Source: Trichosphaerium sp. ATCC 40318 (taxonomy: Eukaryota; Protista; Tubulinea). From it: DNA of 64,000 nt. A program made the position numbers and the translations under genes. Shown one piece after another: positions 63,603-64,000 of this stretch; position 1 is the first letter of the stretch; every line of letters begins with the position of its first letter. The DNA is taken from contig JALMLS010000531.1 of assembly GCA_038496445.1 (NCBI GenBank), positions 262,755 through 326,754 on the forward strand, read 5' to 3'. Under the pieces are notes generated by a model. It saw nothing but the letters and a program-made list of their open reading frames with translations, ran no database searches and had not been told where the DNA came from.

Positions 63603-64000
63603 ATGAGTGCCACGCCTAGTATCAATCACACAAACGTTCTAGCATTTAATTTGCTGAGTAATCTCATAAACGGAGAAAAAACGCCAAACGTGTTCATTTC
63701 ACCTTTCAGGTGCGTAGAAATAGCGATTAAAGGTGGTACTGACTTGAATAATAGTATTGTTGCTGCAATGGGCATGTTAGCTCGTGGATCGTCTCCAAAT
63801 ACGCTTAAAACAATACATAAGGTTATCAGTAAACATCTTGTCATTTGTCAGACTAAACTGTCTTAATCAGATTGTACGGAGTACATCAATAGGAGAGAAT
63901 GGTAGCACTATGGTTAAGGACATTAAAAAGAGCATTCTTTCTGACTCAGATGACAAAACAGAAATAAAAATAGCAAACTCAATTTGGGTAAAGAAAAGCG
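63603..64000 (+). CDS. Serpin, 5' part (continues beyond the window)
   Basis: Spliced NVFISPFSIVAAMGMLARGS and IKIANSIWV serpin signatures. Confidence 0.85.

Noticed and set aside
1-64000. Alternative genetic code or prokaryotic origin of the contig
   Set aside because: In-frame stops are explained by introns, TAA, TAG and TGA all terminate genes, and core eukaryotic genes are present.

Overview
AT-rich (about 35% GC by eye) eukaryotic nuclear DNA with many short spliceosomal introns (mostly 40-100 nt) and the standard genetic code. The gene content (tectonin repeats, F-box-Ras, RCC1, giant-virus-like MORN/LRR genes) suggests an amoeboid protist; that is inference. The ORF track fragments nearly every gene, so I spliced the genes by hand. 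Housekeeping genes: GST, MMS19, an AlkB-family dioxygenase, TATDN1, tRNA-Lys(UUU), a COPI-like WD40 protein, an MFS transporter, SAP30 and a partial serpin. Most interesting: (1) two near-identical inverted copies of a spliced gene with a CNF1/CheD/YfiH-type Cys-His deamidase motif, bracketing a myristoylation-motif F-box-Ras fusion with degenerate nucleotide-binding motifs (possible effector plus decoy/antidote cassette); (2) an intron-containing gene resembling the MARTX toxin alpha/beta-hydrolase effector; (3) a 2x aegerolysin-like / degenerate sphingomyelinase-like EEP / tectonin / Clu-like multidomain protein; (4) a 9.5-kb gene for a secreted protein with a very long TP[ASG]T[IVL]x hexapeptide array; (5) a tandem triplet of membrane-anchored bacterial-type isochorismatase-family genes; (6) recurrent GC-AG introns with a GCACGTG donor and window-wide CACGTG enrichment. 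Family assignments come from motif recognition and memory, not from database searches.
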